Source of the DNA: Anthoceros angustus | Lineage: Eukaryota; Plantae; Anthocerotophyta | Direction of reading: 5' to 3' | Assembly (NCBI GenBank): GCA_010909165.1 | Contig: MU008199.1 | Coordinates: 62,001-126,000 of the forward strand | Length of the DNA stretch: 64,000 nt | Shown here: positions 12,113 through 25,424 of the stretch, piece by piece | How the letters are laid out: every line of letters starts with the position of its first letter | Position numbering within the stretch: the stretch's first letter is position 1 | Made by a program: the position numbers and the translations under genes | Notes under the pieces: model-generated | What the model saw: the letters and a program-made list of their open reading frames with translations, nothing else | Database searches by the model: none | Told to the model about the DNA's origin: nothing

Positions 12113-15100
12113 AACTTCCAGCGTCTGCAGCAATTAGCTACACCAGCACCAACGTCTACATTACGACCTGACCAAAAACGTATACATTGGCCTCCAACGA
12201 GCATAAGTTCACAGCAAAGAGGAGCCATGTCATTCATCAAAAAAGGAGTCCACTGCACACATCGCAAAACTGCACAGCTTGCATCATACTCTAATTCTTA
12301 TTGCGGTGCCCTTCCTACGACGCATCCTTCGCCTCCCCTAACCCAAAGCATACAAGAGCTGCTGCTGCAGCTCAAAGCCCTAGGGTTGAGGACCAAGCCT
12401 ACTCCATCGCGTCCTCCATGGCCTTCATGCTCAGGCGGAGGCCGTTCAACATGGCCTCCATTGCCTAAACTGCGCTCCGCATCCCGCGCAATATTGCCCT
12501 CAGATCCCGTTCGCCCGCGACGCCGCCTCCAGAAGCCCGCATTCGGGCATTGGGTGTTGCTAGCACTCGCCTTGGCCGCCGCGCTTTCTCCTCCGACATC
12601 GTGTCCGACTCTGTGTAGTCTCACTTCCTCCCTCTTGTGCTCACCCTCAGCGGAGTAGGGGTCCTCTGTTCACTCTGCTCTCCCTCTCCTTTCGACATTG
12701 GCTCTGCTCCGCCACTATCAGCTCCTCGTGCTCCTCCTCCTCCTCCTCCTCCTCCAGTGTGCCGCTGAATGTTGGCCTCCACCGGTGGCCCGCATGCCTC
12801 GCCCGCCTGCATGCCTCGCCTAAAAGCCACGAGAGGAGGTGCGACCGCTATCCCGCCCATTGCCGCACCGCCGCCTCACCCCGCCTGCATGCCTCGCCCG
12901 CCTGACCCTAAAGCCCTAATTGGAGGCCACCGCTACCCGCCCCAACTCGGCCGCTTGAATGGTCGCCGCACTTGCCGCAGCAATTGCAAGTCCGTGTGCA
13001 GAGAATCCGTGAATCGCACGTGCAGAGGAACTGCAGTGGGGAAAAAGGGGTTCTGTGCCTCGCCATTCCTTGCCCGCCCCAACTCGGCCGCTGAATGGTC
13101 GCCGCACTTGCCGACTAGAGGAGAAACTGCAAGTTTGAAGCCTAAAGATTCCCTGAACCGCGCGGTCGCACAAGGATCTTCAGTGCGGAAAAGAAAGGGG
13201 TTCTGCGTGCCTCGCCCCGCCCCGCCTGCATGCCTCGTCTCTGCTCGCCTCGCCCCGCCTGCATGCCTTGCCTCTGCCTAAAAGCCCTGAGAGAGGGACG
13301 GCTTGGCTACCACCTCGGTACCAGCCCAACCCTCTACCCCGCTATCAGCCCAACCCGCTACCCCGTTACCAGCCCAACCCTAAAATCGACCGCCTTGGCT
13401 TGCCGCGGGCACCTGCCGCCCGCATAAACTGCAAAAAAAAATCCTTATTGCACACGCGCGCGCAAGGAACCATAGTACGGAAAAAAAAGGGGTTGGGTTT
13501 GTGTGTAAGAGTGCTCATGAAGTGGCCGCTTTGGTGCGTTCGCTTTGGGCAACCTCAATTCGGTTGGGTTACCAAAGCGGACATAAGCAAGTCATGTGGT
13601 ATGAAGAAAAGTTTCGCGTGCGAAAAAAAGTGCCCCATCCCCTTCTTTCAAAAGATTTTCTTCTGGAAGATTTTCTTTATTTTTCCATCACCATGATAAT
13701 TACCAACAACTTCCAACTTCGCAGATAATTAGCTACACCAAAGACCAACGTCTACATTACGACCTGACCAAAAACGTATACATTGGCCTCCAACGAGCAT
13801 AAGTTCACAGCAAAGAGGAGCCATGTCATTCATCAAAAAAGGAGTCCACTGCACACATCGCAAAACTGCACAGCTTGCATCATACTCTAATTCTTATTGC
13901 GGTGCCCTTCCTACGACGCATCCTTCGCCTCCCCTAACCCAAAGCATACAAGAGCCGCCGCTCAAAGCCCTAGGGTTGAGGACCAAGCCTACCCATCGCC
14001 CTCCATGGCCTTCATGCAGGAGGCCGCTCAACATGGCCTCCATTGCCTAAAATCGCGCCTCCGCATCCCGCGCAATATTGCCTCGATCCTGCTCGCCCGC
14101 CCGCCTGCATGCCTCGCCCGCATTCGGCATTGGGTGTTACTAGCACTCGCCTTGGCCGCGCTTTCTCCTCCGACATCGTGTCCGACTGTAGTCTCACTTC
14201 CTCCCTCTTGTGCTCACCTCGGAGTAGGGGTCCTCTGCTCACTCGCCTCCTCTCCTTTCGACATTGGCTCGCCTCCGCCACCACGCCTCGTGCTCCTCCT
14301 CCTCCTCCTCCTCCTCCAAGGTGCCGCTGAATGTTGGCCTCCACCGGTGGCCCGCACATGCCGTGGTAGCTGGGCTGCGGCATCCAAGAGGAGAGGAGGT
14401 GCGACCGCTATCCCGCCCATTGCCGACCGCCGCCTCACCCCGCCTGATCGCATGCCTCGCCCGCCCGCCTGACCCTAAAGCCCTAATTGGAGAGGCCACC
14501 CTGCTACCCGCCCGCCCCAACTCGGCCGCTTGAATGGTCGCCGGCACTTGCCGCTGCAGCAATTGCAAGTCTGGTGTGCAGAGAATCCGTGAATCGCACG
14601 TGCACAGAGGAACTGCAGTGGGGGGAAAAAAGGGGTTCTGTGTGCCTCGCCATTCCTTGCCCCGCCCCAACTCGGCCGCCTTGGCTTGCCATCGGCACTT
14701 GCCGACTAGAGGAGAAACTGCAAGTTTGAAGCCTAAAGATTCCCTGAACCGCGCGGTCGCACAAGGATCTTCAAGGAAAGAAAGGGGTTCTGCCTCGCCC
14801 GCCCGCTGCATGCCTGCCTCGCCGCCCGCCTCACCGCATGCCTTGCCTCGCCTAAAAGCCACGAGAGGGACGGCTACCACCCCAGACCAGCCCAACCTCT
14901 ACCCCGCTATCACCCCAACCCGCTACCCTGCTACCAGCCCAACCCTAAAATCGACCGCCTCACCGCATGCCTGCCTCGCCCGCCCGCCCGCATAAACCGC
15001 AAAAAATCCTTATTGCACACGCGCAAGGAACCATAGTAATGGAAAAAAAGGTTGGGTTTGTGTAAGAGTGCTCATGAAGTGGCGCTTTGGTGCGTTCGCT

Positions 15101-15267
15101 TTGGGCAACCTCAATTCGGTTGGGTTACCAAAGCGGACATAAGCAAGTCATGTGGTATGAAGAAAAGTTTCGCGTGCGAAAAAAAGTGCCCCATCCCCTT
15201 CTTTCAAAAGATTTTCTTCTGGAAGATTTTCTTTATTTTTCCATCACCATGATAATTACCAACAACC
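12113..15267. repeat. Tandem duplication of an about 1.6-kb unit (about 12113-13710 and 13708-15267), probably TE-derived
   Basis: Both copies begin with aattagctacacca..ccaacgtctacattacgacctgacc and end with ttttccatcaccatgataattaccaacaac. The GC-rich core carries repeated gcatgcctcgcccgcc motifs. Confidence 0.9.
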
Positions 15268-16766
15268 TCGATTCCTTGTTGTCCTCTACTACACATCGAA
15301 AGGCAGAGGCTATTATTTTCCCACAGCAACTGGAAAGGACAATCCAAACCAACAAGGATGGTGATGTGGAGGAGGGCGCGTCTTCGTGCCGGAATTTTCA
15401 AGACAGCCTTCCATCGGCGCAGACAACAAGCTGCCTAAGGTATCTCAAACTTGCAGAAGTCGGTGAGAGGAGCAAATGAGTGATGATAGTGAACAAGCCG
15501 TGCACTTCAACTCTTGGTTTTCGACGTGCCTATGTCACCAGCATGTGGGCATATGCATCAGAATATGCTTTAGGGACCTCTATGGAAGGTTAGAGGGCGA
15601 GGGCAACCAGTATATATGGAAGCCTCCGCGACAACCACGAACACATCCAGAAAGTTGGGTTCTATGCGATGTGTAAGGGCAAACCCCGTGTTGGTTTGAC
15701 TCACGTGGTTGAGTTCGGGTTCCACAACATCTCTTGGAATCCGCTCGAAGGCCTTTCTTGATGTTAATGGTCAAGTCGAAATTTTGTGCATTACTTAATT
15801 GAAAGCCCTAAATGCAAGCAACAATGTATCAACCTCGAGTGTGAGAAAGAAATTCACGCGGAAATAGATCCGCACAACAGTACATCGAAAGACTCAATAA
15901 TGGTCAATTTATTGTTTAGGGGTTAGAAAATCACATAACGTGCGATGGTATCTAGGCACGTACTCAGATGACCTCGGGAAGAGTAAAGTCTCTTCCTGTT
16001 GGGATGATACGATGTGTAACATAGGGGAATCAGAACCCTTGCTGAAGATTTCTCCCCCGGGGTTATTTTGATTTATTTTCAAAATACCAAATTAAAAAAA
16101 ATAGAATATAGGAAACAACTCACCATGCGACAACCGAGAATAGAATATAGGAAACAACTTACCATAGATTAGCTGAGATTACTCCATGGAACGGGCAAAC
16201 GATGAAGAATGGAAAGCCCTGAACTTCAAAAAGCAGCGATGAAGAGTGGAAAGCCCTAGACTCCAAGAAGTCGCATAATGAAGAGTGGAGTGCTTTTAAA
16301 CTAATTGAGGTGAGCTTGCAATATATATAAGGGCTAGAACAACAATTTAAAACCATTTAGTTTGTTTTATGCTGCAAGCCTTATGTTGGGAGAGCTTCTC
16401 GAGAGCCTATTTAGTGAGCTTGTCCTTGAGCCAAGGGCAATAGCCAGTCCAGTTAGGCGTAGAGGAAGTCCCCGAGACTAATGTTTGAGAGGTAATGCAC
16501 ACAAGCACGTAGAGGAAGTCCCCGAGACAGCAGAGGCCAAAAAGGAGGCAACTAACACGAGGCGATCAGCCCAAAACGGAACTGACTGGAACCGAAAGAA
16601 GCCGGGCAGAAAGAAGCCTACACAGAAACCAAAAAACGGTAGGTTTTTGAAACACCTGAGTACCATAAAAACTGAATGGAACCGGACTTTGTTCATTTCT
16701 TCTACTTACTCTAACTTGTTTTCCACTGCCACGGACCACTTGAGCGGAAGGGCAGGGAAGAGCGGG

Positions 16767-18196
16767 ATGGCAGAGAAAGTGGAGCTTGGGTTTGCAAAGC
16801 TGCAGGGGGAAGATTTCGAGTATTACATGCAGTCGTATTCCATCATTCTGGGGAGAAATAGCAAGAAGTCGTATGTGGATGTGGACTTAGCGCTTGGTCG
16901 GGGCGGTGGGATGAACATTTCTCGGCAACACGCCAAGATCTTCTATGACTTTGATCGGAAGAGGTTCGTGCTAGAAGTTCTTGGGAAGAACGGGTGCTAT
17001 GTGGATGGAGCTCATATTCAGCCGGGCCTGGAGCCCGTGAAGCTGAACTCGCAGGAATTGTTGCAAATCGGGGATAAAAAGTTCTACTTTCTGTTGCCGG
17101 TGAGCAAGAAGGCTTCCAGAACAGCCTCTGCGGCTGCGGCCGGGTCGTCCAGGAAGAGGCCTGCCAATCCGGGGAGGACGTCCAAGTCCTCGTTGGAGGA
17201 TGGTTCACAAGCGCCACCTCCGAAAAGGAGGAGTCAGCCCAAGGGCGAGGTCGGCAGTGGTAGAGGGAGGAAGGAGCCAGCCGTTGTTCCTCATGCAGGA
17301 GAAGCAGCTGGGAGTAGCTCCGCACACGGCCCTTCTTCTATCACTGGTTAGCACTCGTCGACATTACTGTAGGGTTAGACTCCAATATAGGTTTAGAAAT
17401 TGACTCTGATGATATGTGTCCGTTCTTCACGGCTGTGATCTTGATCAATGGCGGCAGAGCCTAGAAGACGGGCGGATTCTGAATCTGATAACGCAGCTGT
17501 GCAACCTGAGGACAGAGATGTTCTGTCAGCAGCCTCAACGGCATTGGCAGAGCACACTAACCCTGGAGAGTGGATGCCTTTGGCAAAATTGTATTCGGAG
17601 GTATGTTGTTGTTCCCGACATAGAGCTGTGGAGATTGTATGTGGGCTGTCCACTCGCTCGCAGGGGACTGCGTGGTGGGCTCCTCTGACAGTCTGGATGA
17701 GATTACGAATTGTTTTCAGATTAGCCTGCTGCTTGATTTCGAAGCATGCTCTGCTCTACCATGTAACGCAGATGAGCCAACCGTACTTGTTAGAAACATC
17801 AGCAGACCTAGCTGCATGTGTGGTGTCTTTGACAGAATTTTGAATGAATGTGTCATGCACTAGAGAGAGTTGGCTTTCTACGTATACAAGAGCTGTGAAA
17901 GTTTGTAGGCCATGTCTAGGCAGATAGTAGGTTGTGACTTGACGCACCTTCTGAGACAGCTTTTGGTCTTTGTCCTGCAGCTCACTGAGCATTACTCTCA
18001 TATATGCCCACCAGCAGTACTTCAAAGACATCTGCCACCAGAGACTGGGAACAATGCTGATAGTGAGGTCAAGTTAAAGCCCTGGGCAGGCCTTCTAGCT
18101 TTGCTGAGGAGATATCCACAGCGGTTCATCATCAACACTAAGCTCAAGGGTCGTATCACAGCAGAATATGTGTCATTGGTTGCGGAACATCCGTGA
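16767..18196 (+). CDS. FHA2: FHA-domain transcription regulator (FHA1/FHA2 family); join(16767..17346,17458..17600,17981..18196)
   Basis: GFAKLQGEDFEYYMQSYSIILGRNSKKS..GGGMNISRQHAKIFYDF..LGKNG is the plant FHA1/2 signature; conserved C-terminal PGEWMPLAKLYSEL...KPWAGLLALLRRYPQRF; GT-AG introns in frame. Confidence 0.92.
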
Positions 18197-19500
18197 GAGG
18201 TTTCCGAGGGCAGACAGACACATGTGACAACTGAGGCTGGTTTTTTCTTTTCCGGAGCTGTTTTCCCCGGCGATCCTTCCATGGCGCTTTTTTTCTTTCC
18301 CTGAGGAGAGTTTCTGGTAGGCGTGCAGCTTGCTCAGACGCCTGCCCCTGTTGAGCATGGTCTACGGTAGACAATAGTTGCTGGTGCGGATCCTCATCTG
18401 CTGTTGATTTCTCAGCATCGCCAATCTTAACTTCTTGTACAAAGCACCTTTTCTTGGAACACGCAAGGCTAGTGAACGTATTTGCAAATGGTTTGCTGTC
18501 CTGACAGGGCTTCTCTGAGCCTTCATGGGGCTCTCCAGCCTGTTGAGCTGGGCGACATTTCCTGCTGAAGGGCAGCTACAACAGACGTGTCATTTCTGCA
18601 TGTCGCAAGTCCAGCATGTCGGCAGCAGGTCAACCACAAAATCCTTGGAGTCCGCTGTAAAGAATGGAACCTCCCAATCAACCCCAAAAGTCGAAAGGCC
18701 TACGGGGAAGCAACGAAGACAGAGCAGCTTGCCGGCTAATGTGGTGTGAACGGGATGACACAGTCACAAGGGAATCCACATGGAAGAATGAGGGCTGCTG
18801 GTGGGAAGGAACACGGTTTCCGCACGAGTTGGATCTGATCTTATTGCTGTGCCCGGCTGCCTCCTGTTCCGGTAACTGGGTGGGTTGCGATTGATGACCT
18901 AGGCCGTACTCAGGCATCCCTCCCATCTCTGATTGATGGTGCTGCATTTCTGGGGGCCAGGCCAATCCCTGGAAGTTAACTTCGGGGAGGTGAAAGGGGG
19001 CCGGGGCAGCCCACTGCCCAGCCATATCCCACTAGGTGGAGGTGAAAATGGGCAAATGTCGCAACAGGCTAAATCAGCACAGCAAGCATCAGCATTACAG
19101 AGATCCAGCGTTGGGCCAGGTGGGATGGAGTCTTGCTCTCGATCTTCAACGTTACTCCGTCCCCGCGGCTTGACTGCCATTTTGGAGGAAGACACAAGTT
19201 ACCGCATCTCGCCAGGTAGCCAGGGTACGATCTTCGGATGAGGAGAGCATGTACTGCCCTTATTATAGCTCTTGAGCAAGCTGTGACTCGCGCAGGGACA
19301 CGGTCTTTTACCGCATGCCCTGCCGCGGTTGGGGATCCCCGGATCTGCTGGCACTCTTGAATACGAATATTCCGCCGATTCCAGCCTGCAGGAGATAAAT
19401 CGTTCAGCGTTGCCGATGTACTTACACTGCAAAGTCCAAACGGATGAAAAAATGGCTTTTCCTTGGGAATCGTTGCAAGACCCAAGTCGTTATTCTGACC
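18156..19500 (-). CDS. Possible multi-exon orphan gene convergent with FHA2 (structure uncertain)
   Basis: About 140 open codons from about 18578 to 18156 (…NRLESPHEGSEKPCQDSK…RKRKNQPQ…HILL*), preceded by plausible acceptors. Further protein-like segments at 18830-19030 and 19200-19400. No recognisable domain. Confidence 0.3.
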
Positions 19501-21498
19501 CATCTAGAAGATTTTGCTTTTAGTGTCACAATTGCTTGCATCATCCGTGCCAAATAGCAAGACCATATCCCCACCCTTTCCCTTGTTCTCACTGTCCAAG
19601 ATAATGCCTATATGATCTTCAACTTATTGGGAGTGACATTGGGGATGTATGTACGATGTGGTACATGTTGAGGACTAGGAAAATAAAGATTATTAAATTT
19701 AGTTATCTTAAAAAATAATATTATGACAAGGTCATGTTGGACAAGGTAGCTTTGGGTAATGGTGGTACAAATACAATTTTGTCAGCTTGGAAGTGAAGAG
19801 CATGTGAGTTTCAAATGACTTCTTCTACCGTGACTTTTGTTACGGCAAACAACAATCATGTGTCCATGTTTACTGAAAAGGGTTTGGCCAAGATGAATGC
19901 AAACCTTAGGTACAAGTAGGAAAACAATGATTCTCTGTCTCACAATTTACATATGTCAGATAGTTAATATAACACCCCACACATAGCTAATATTCACTTG
20001 GGACACATGGTGAGCCACCCAAGGTTGCTTATCCGCAACGACATGCCAACAAGGCCATGGTACCAATCAGAGGCATCTTGTCAGGAAGAACCAAAAATTA
20101 TCGTGCACTGCATTGTACAGCAGCATCAAACCAAAGGTGGGTCGGATGCATCCAGTCTGGGAGAGACCCAACCCCATCGTGCACTGCAACATGTTAAAGC
20201 AATCGTGCATTGGAGGGACCCGAGATAGTGAGGAGTCAGTCGAACTCTGCAACATGTCGCGTCGCAACCACCCACCCACCAACCTAGTGTCAGATCTTTT
20301 CTCCCTAGAATTTGTACATCTATAATTGCATTACATGGCAAGTTTTAATCTTGCTCCTTTGCTAACCTGACAATGATGACCTATCCCTAGCCGCCCTTGT
20401 GGCATGCAATCCTGCATCGTGAAGGGCGTAACTAACCAAGCTCGGTAAGATGATTTGCTCTCTTTCTTGCACAGTACAAGGTGACCTTATCTGTCGCTGA
20501 ACCACCTCCACTCCACCAAAGAGCTCCAGGACAAGTCTGCAACAATCGTGCAAGTGGGCACGAGATGGTGGTTGTCAGTCAGTCGGTCCTGAATGTGTGT
20601 GACGATGACGATGACAAAGCTCTGACAAACCTATGATACTGTTACAGCTGTGATTTTGTGCTGAGAGTAGGACATGTCCTCTTCCTTTGGGCTACCATGG
20701 ACACCTAGCTGTTATGTACATAGCTACGTGTGTGAGAAGGAATATAAACCTAGAGGTGGGGAAAGGAGGGGAGGTAGGAAGGAAAAGAGGCAAGTTGGTT
20801 AGATGATTGAGTGAGCGTAGGATTATCCGGGGATAAGGGAAGTGGGTGGGAAATTGGAACTGGGACATTTGCCGGGTACGGGGAATGTGAAAACGGAGGG
20901 GAACGTCGACGCCTTCGGGTTTGCCTCTGGGTTTGGCTTCGCGTTTGGCCCGCCAAGCCGAAAAAGTCGAGGACACATCGACCCACAATTCGCTCAAAAG
21001 AGGCGACGCGGAGGAAGGGAAGGAGAAAGAGGGGCAGGCTTGCCTGGCTTTGCCTTGGCTCGCCTTCGCTTCTCCTGGCCTGGCCTGTCTTCCACCTCAC
21101 TGCCCCACCCCCGCCTTGCCCGCTCTCTTCCCTGGACTTGGTGGGCTCGTGCGAGAGCGAGAGTGTGAGCAGCTGGGCTTTGGCACTTCGTCTTGTCTCT
21201 CTCGCTCCTGCTCCTGCTCCTGCTGCTGCTTTCCCCTCTTGTTCTCCTTCCTGTGCTGCTTCTGCTGCTGCTGCGCTCTGCTGCTGCGCTCTGCTGCTGC
21301 CAGCGAGTGCGTTTGTGGGTGAGACGGTCAGCGAGGGAGCGGGCCCGAGCTCGAGCTCCCCTTGCCCAGCAGCCGCGCCGGGGTATTGGGCATTGGGGGC
21401 CGGCGGCGGATCGGAGAGGGATCCAGCGGAGCCGTGGGCGGCAGATGTGCAGATCTGTGGAGAAGCGCGCGCGGTGGAGGTAGGGTGGGCCGGGAGGC

Positions 21499-23875
21499 AT
21501 GGGGTGGTGCTCGTGCTTCGGAGCCCGCAAGCAGGACCGCAAGCCGCCGAAGAAGGATGACACCAGCACTGCGGACCGGGCCGAATTGGCAGGCTCTGTC
21601 ACCCCCGCCATCACCAAGCAGCCCAGTGGTACGGGATGCTGCTGCTGCTGCCGGGGCTCTGCCCTCGGCGCTGGCGGGGGCCTGCATTTGTGTATGGATG
21701 TGTCGTCGTGATGCAATTTGGGGTGGTTGGGTGATTGGGAATTAGCCCCCGGCGAGGTTGAGTGAGGGTGCGGGTTGTGGGTCTGAGTGGGGCACTGGCG
21801 TGGTGTTGGCTTGTGTGGGTGTGCAGACAAGATTAAGGGGAAGGTGTCGGCCGCGGATGCCAGAGATCCTTCCATCAAAGATGGGTCCACATCGCACATT
21901 GCTGCTCAGACATTCGCCTTCCGGGAGCTAGCCAATGCGACCAAGAACTTCAGGCAGGAATGCCTGCTGGGCGAGGGCGGGTTTGGGCGGGTTTATAAGG
22001 GCCGCCTCGAGACCACTGGCCAGGCAAGTGTAGTGTCTTCTCTGTCGTCTGTGTGCCTTGAAGCTGTTTGTTGAGCAACTGTGTGAGTGACTGCTGCTTT
22101 GGCGTGTAGGTTGTGGCCGTGAAGCAGCTGGACCGAAACGGGCTGCAGGGAAACAGAGAGTTTCTGGTGGAAGTATTGATGCTCAGTCTGCTTCACCACC
22201 CGAACCTGGTGAATCTGATCGGCTATTGCGCGGATGGGGACCAGCGGCTTCTGGTATACGAGTTCATGCCGATGGGATCTCTGGAAGACCATCTACATGG
22301 TACGTGTTGTGCTCCTAGGGTTCAGTGCTGGTTGTTGGTTCTTGCTGGCATGGTGATGGTGTTCATATGTCTCTCGTGGTTTTGGGGAGCTGCAGATCTC
22401 CCTCCGGATAAGGAAGCACTAGACTGGAATACGAGGATGAAGATTGCAGCTGGTGCAGCTAAGGGTCTGGAGTACCTGCATGATAAAGCAAACCCACCCG
22501 TCATATATAGGGACTTCAAGTCCTCAAACATTCTCCTGGATGATGGCTTTCACCCGAAGCTCTCCGACTTTGGGCTCGCCAAGCTTGGTCCGGTTGGGGA
22601 CAAGACGCACGTGTCCACTCGTGTGATGGGCACCTACGGGTACTGTGCCCCAGAGTATGCCATGACTGGTCAGCTGACTCTGAAGTCTGATGTGTACAGT
22701 TTCGGAGTAGTATTGTTGGAGCTGATCACAGGAAGGAAAGCAATTGACAATGGCAGGGCTGCCGGAGAGCATAATCTGGTGGCATGGGTAAGTATGCCTT
22801 TCAGGTCTTTGAATGGTGACGGTTGTGAGTGCTTGCTTCGTGTGAGAAGTGAGATGTCTTGTTTGTACGTCAGGATGCGTTTTTAGCAAATCAGATGCCG
22901 TCAGAGTCTTCGACAGGACCAAGATCAGTTCACTTGGGTACCTAAGGAGCTGATCTTGGTTAAATCATAGCTAGTTGATAATCGAGTGTGTCAGCTGATG
23001 TTGTGGCTAGATTGCCATGGTGAGGATGTTTGAATTGCTGCTTGTATTGATATTTTTACACTTGCAGCAGGGTATGTCTGTGCATGCCCGTTGGTCAGAA
23101 GTTATTTGAGGTGACAGCGATGGGTGGCATGTGCCGTACTACATTGCGGTGAAGAGGGCCGGTGAGACTGATGCTGTTTCTGTCTATGTTGTAGGCTCGG
23201 CCTTTGTTTAAGGATCGAAGGAAGTTTCCATCTATGGCTGATCCCATGCTTCAAGGGAGGTACCCCATGAGGGGTCTCTATCAGGCCCTTGCCGTGGCAG
23301 CCATGTGCCTTCAAGAGCAGGCTGCAACCAGACCTCTGATCGGTGATGTGGTGACAGCTCTTAGCTATTTAGCGTCCCAGACTTACGATCCTGGTATGCA
23401 CCCATATGGAAGCAACAGATTCACGCCAGGAACTCCTTCTCGAGACAAGAAGGAAAAGAGGATGACGAGTGGTACTGAGCGGAGTGGGATGACTGCACCA
23501 GCCTCAACGGTGGAGGAAAGAGGTCTGAAAACGAAAACGGCTGGGTCTAAATCTCCCTCCTGGCAAGCACAGGTCTCTCCAGATGTTGTCCCGAAAGAGG
23601 TTTCTCGCTCACGGTCAAATGGTCAACTTGACAATGGTCGTCAGGATTCAAGTTACCCACGGAAGAGGGATTCCGATGAGTGGGAAAGACAGGAAGGTCA
23701 AAAGGAGAGCCCTGGTCGTGCGGTGCGGAATAGCAAAGATGTGCAGAGAAACTCACTGCCTTCGAGGGAGCGTGAACGAGCGGTTGCTGAGGCAAGAACC
23801 TGGGGCGAGAACTGGAGGGAAAGGAAAAGAGGCAACTTGGGTGTTGGTGATGCTGGTGATGGTGGGTATGGTTAA
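21499..23875 (+). CDS. PBL27: Receptor-like cytoplasmic kinase subfamily VII, PBS1/PBL27-like; join(21499..21628,21827..22023,22110..22299,22396..22787,23195..23875)
   Basis: N-terminal MGWCSCF acylation motif; [60 protein letters not shown]; C-terminal [17 protein letters not shown]. Intron 22024-22109 is GC-AG. Confidence 0.93.
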
Positions 23876-25424
23876 TTTTTGGAGGACGATTGGGATGCTC
23901 TGGGAGGTGAATCTATTGTATATGCATATAACCGCACATCGGTGTTTCGTGGTACAAATCTAGTGCAGGGAGCAAATTCACACCATTCAAGTAGGCTGTT
24001 TGTGGAGGTTATACTTCTCCCAACGTGTTTTGGGAAACGGCTCTCATGGATTGATTGTTGCTGTTCATCATAGGTGGACTAGCTCTGTATATTTGCTTCA
24101 TGGCTTTGAGTCATAGACAATGTGTCAATGTGAATACCGCATCATTTGTTTCCAATTTTGATTTAATCACTAGAAGGTCTCAAGCTCGACATCTCTTATC
24201 GTTGATAAGCGATGCGAGTCAGTGAGACTGGGACAGTTGAGATGGAATCAGCAAATCGAAGTTGTATCTGCAATCAGGGCAGCAGTGCCTTGTTGATAGT
24301 ATGCAGCCCATAAATACTTGGCACATCAGCAGTGTGTGTGCATTAGCTGGTGTCCGTCTATGATGCGGTTATCTTTGCCACATTTGTGAAGCTGCGGTGG
24401 GGTGATGTGAGGAGGGTCTCTGGGAACAGGTTTACAGGAGGAAAGAGTCTGAGATGCTACTCCCAAGCTGGTGACCAGTGCTTATCAGGGGGCTTGTTGC
24501 AGGTACTAGTACCTTCTTCTAAAGTTGCATAATAATGAAGGGTATGGAGCAATACAGATTCGAGCATCAAGGAGTCTGGGAGGCCTGTCACCAGTCAGGT
24601 TGATGAATAATGATCATACACACTCTCGAGAGAGCCCAGTTGGTGTGTGCATGGACTCAACACAGACAGCTTGAGTGCGGATTAGACCCAAGGAGCTTGG
24701 ATCTGGTATAGGTTTAAGCAGAGAAAACGGGCACGGCTTCTATAGAATGTGGTCCACATTAGATTCAATCTATGACTTAAATGTTGCTGAGGGTGTAAGA
24801 TGGTTCTGTGTCGGCAGGCACTAGGTTGCTAGTCACATGACTCATCCATCATACCAGACAATTGCCATCTTTGCAAATACATATACGCTTGTATTTTGTT
24901 ACCTTGTCCTGTCGGTTGTGAACGGCTGCCTGTCACGTACATTGTTGGCTTGATCAAGGCGTCAGAAAAACCATAGGTAATTCGTCGATGATGCACACAG
25001 CGGTAAAGCACATCTGCGCTGTAGGTACGACATCAGGTTTGTGTGTGCAGGGCAAAAGTAGACATTTGGCACGCCACGGAACCCAATGCCTCTTGTACTT
25101 CGGATTTTAGGGATATTTTGTTTGCTGGCTGCCTTGGTCCTCCCAGGTAGTGCATAAGATTATTCCGTTCAGGACAAAGCTCGAATCGCAAGGTGAGAGC
25201 GTCCTTCCACTACTCACCGACAGGGCTAACAGTCCAGAAATGGGCATCAATACTGTTAGCCCGCTGGAAACAAGAAACAACTGTGCTCTCCTCCAACAAG
25301 TGCTCTTTGTTATGCGGAAATGTGACTCTTTCATGGGCTCCCGGTTTGTCCTCCACTGCTTTCCACCGGGCAGCCAGCGCAGAGGTGAGACCAGAGGGAA
25401 GAATCAGAATGATGGAAATATGTG

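Noticed and set aside
11885-14995. Multiple 100-257-aa ORFs in the duplicated unit
   Set aside because: Frames are not preserved between the two copies, and the translations are Pro/Arg/Ala-rich products of GC-rich repeats.
19980-20600. Possible minus-strand exons (e.g. RLVLELFGGVEVVQRQI…)
   Set aside because: I could not assign a family or build a consistent splice model.
20811-21899. 249-aa and 301-aa ORFs upstream of and over the kinase
   Set aside because: Low-complexity GC-rich 5' UTR and antisense shadows with no domain.
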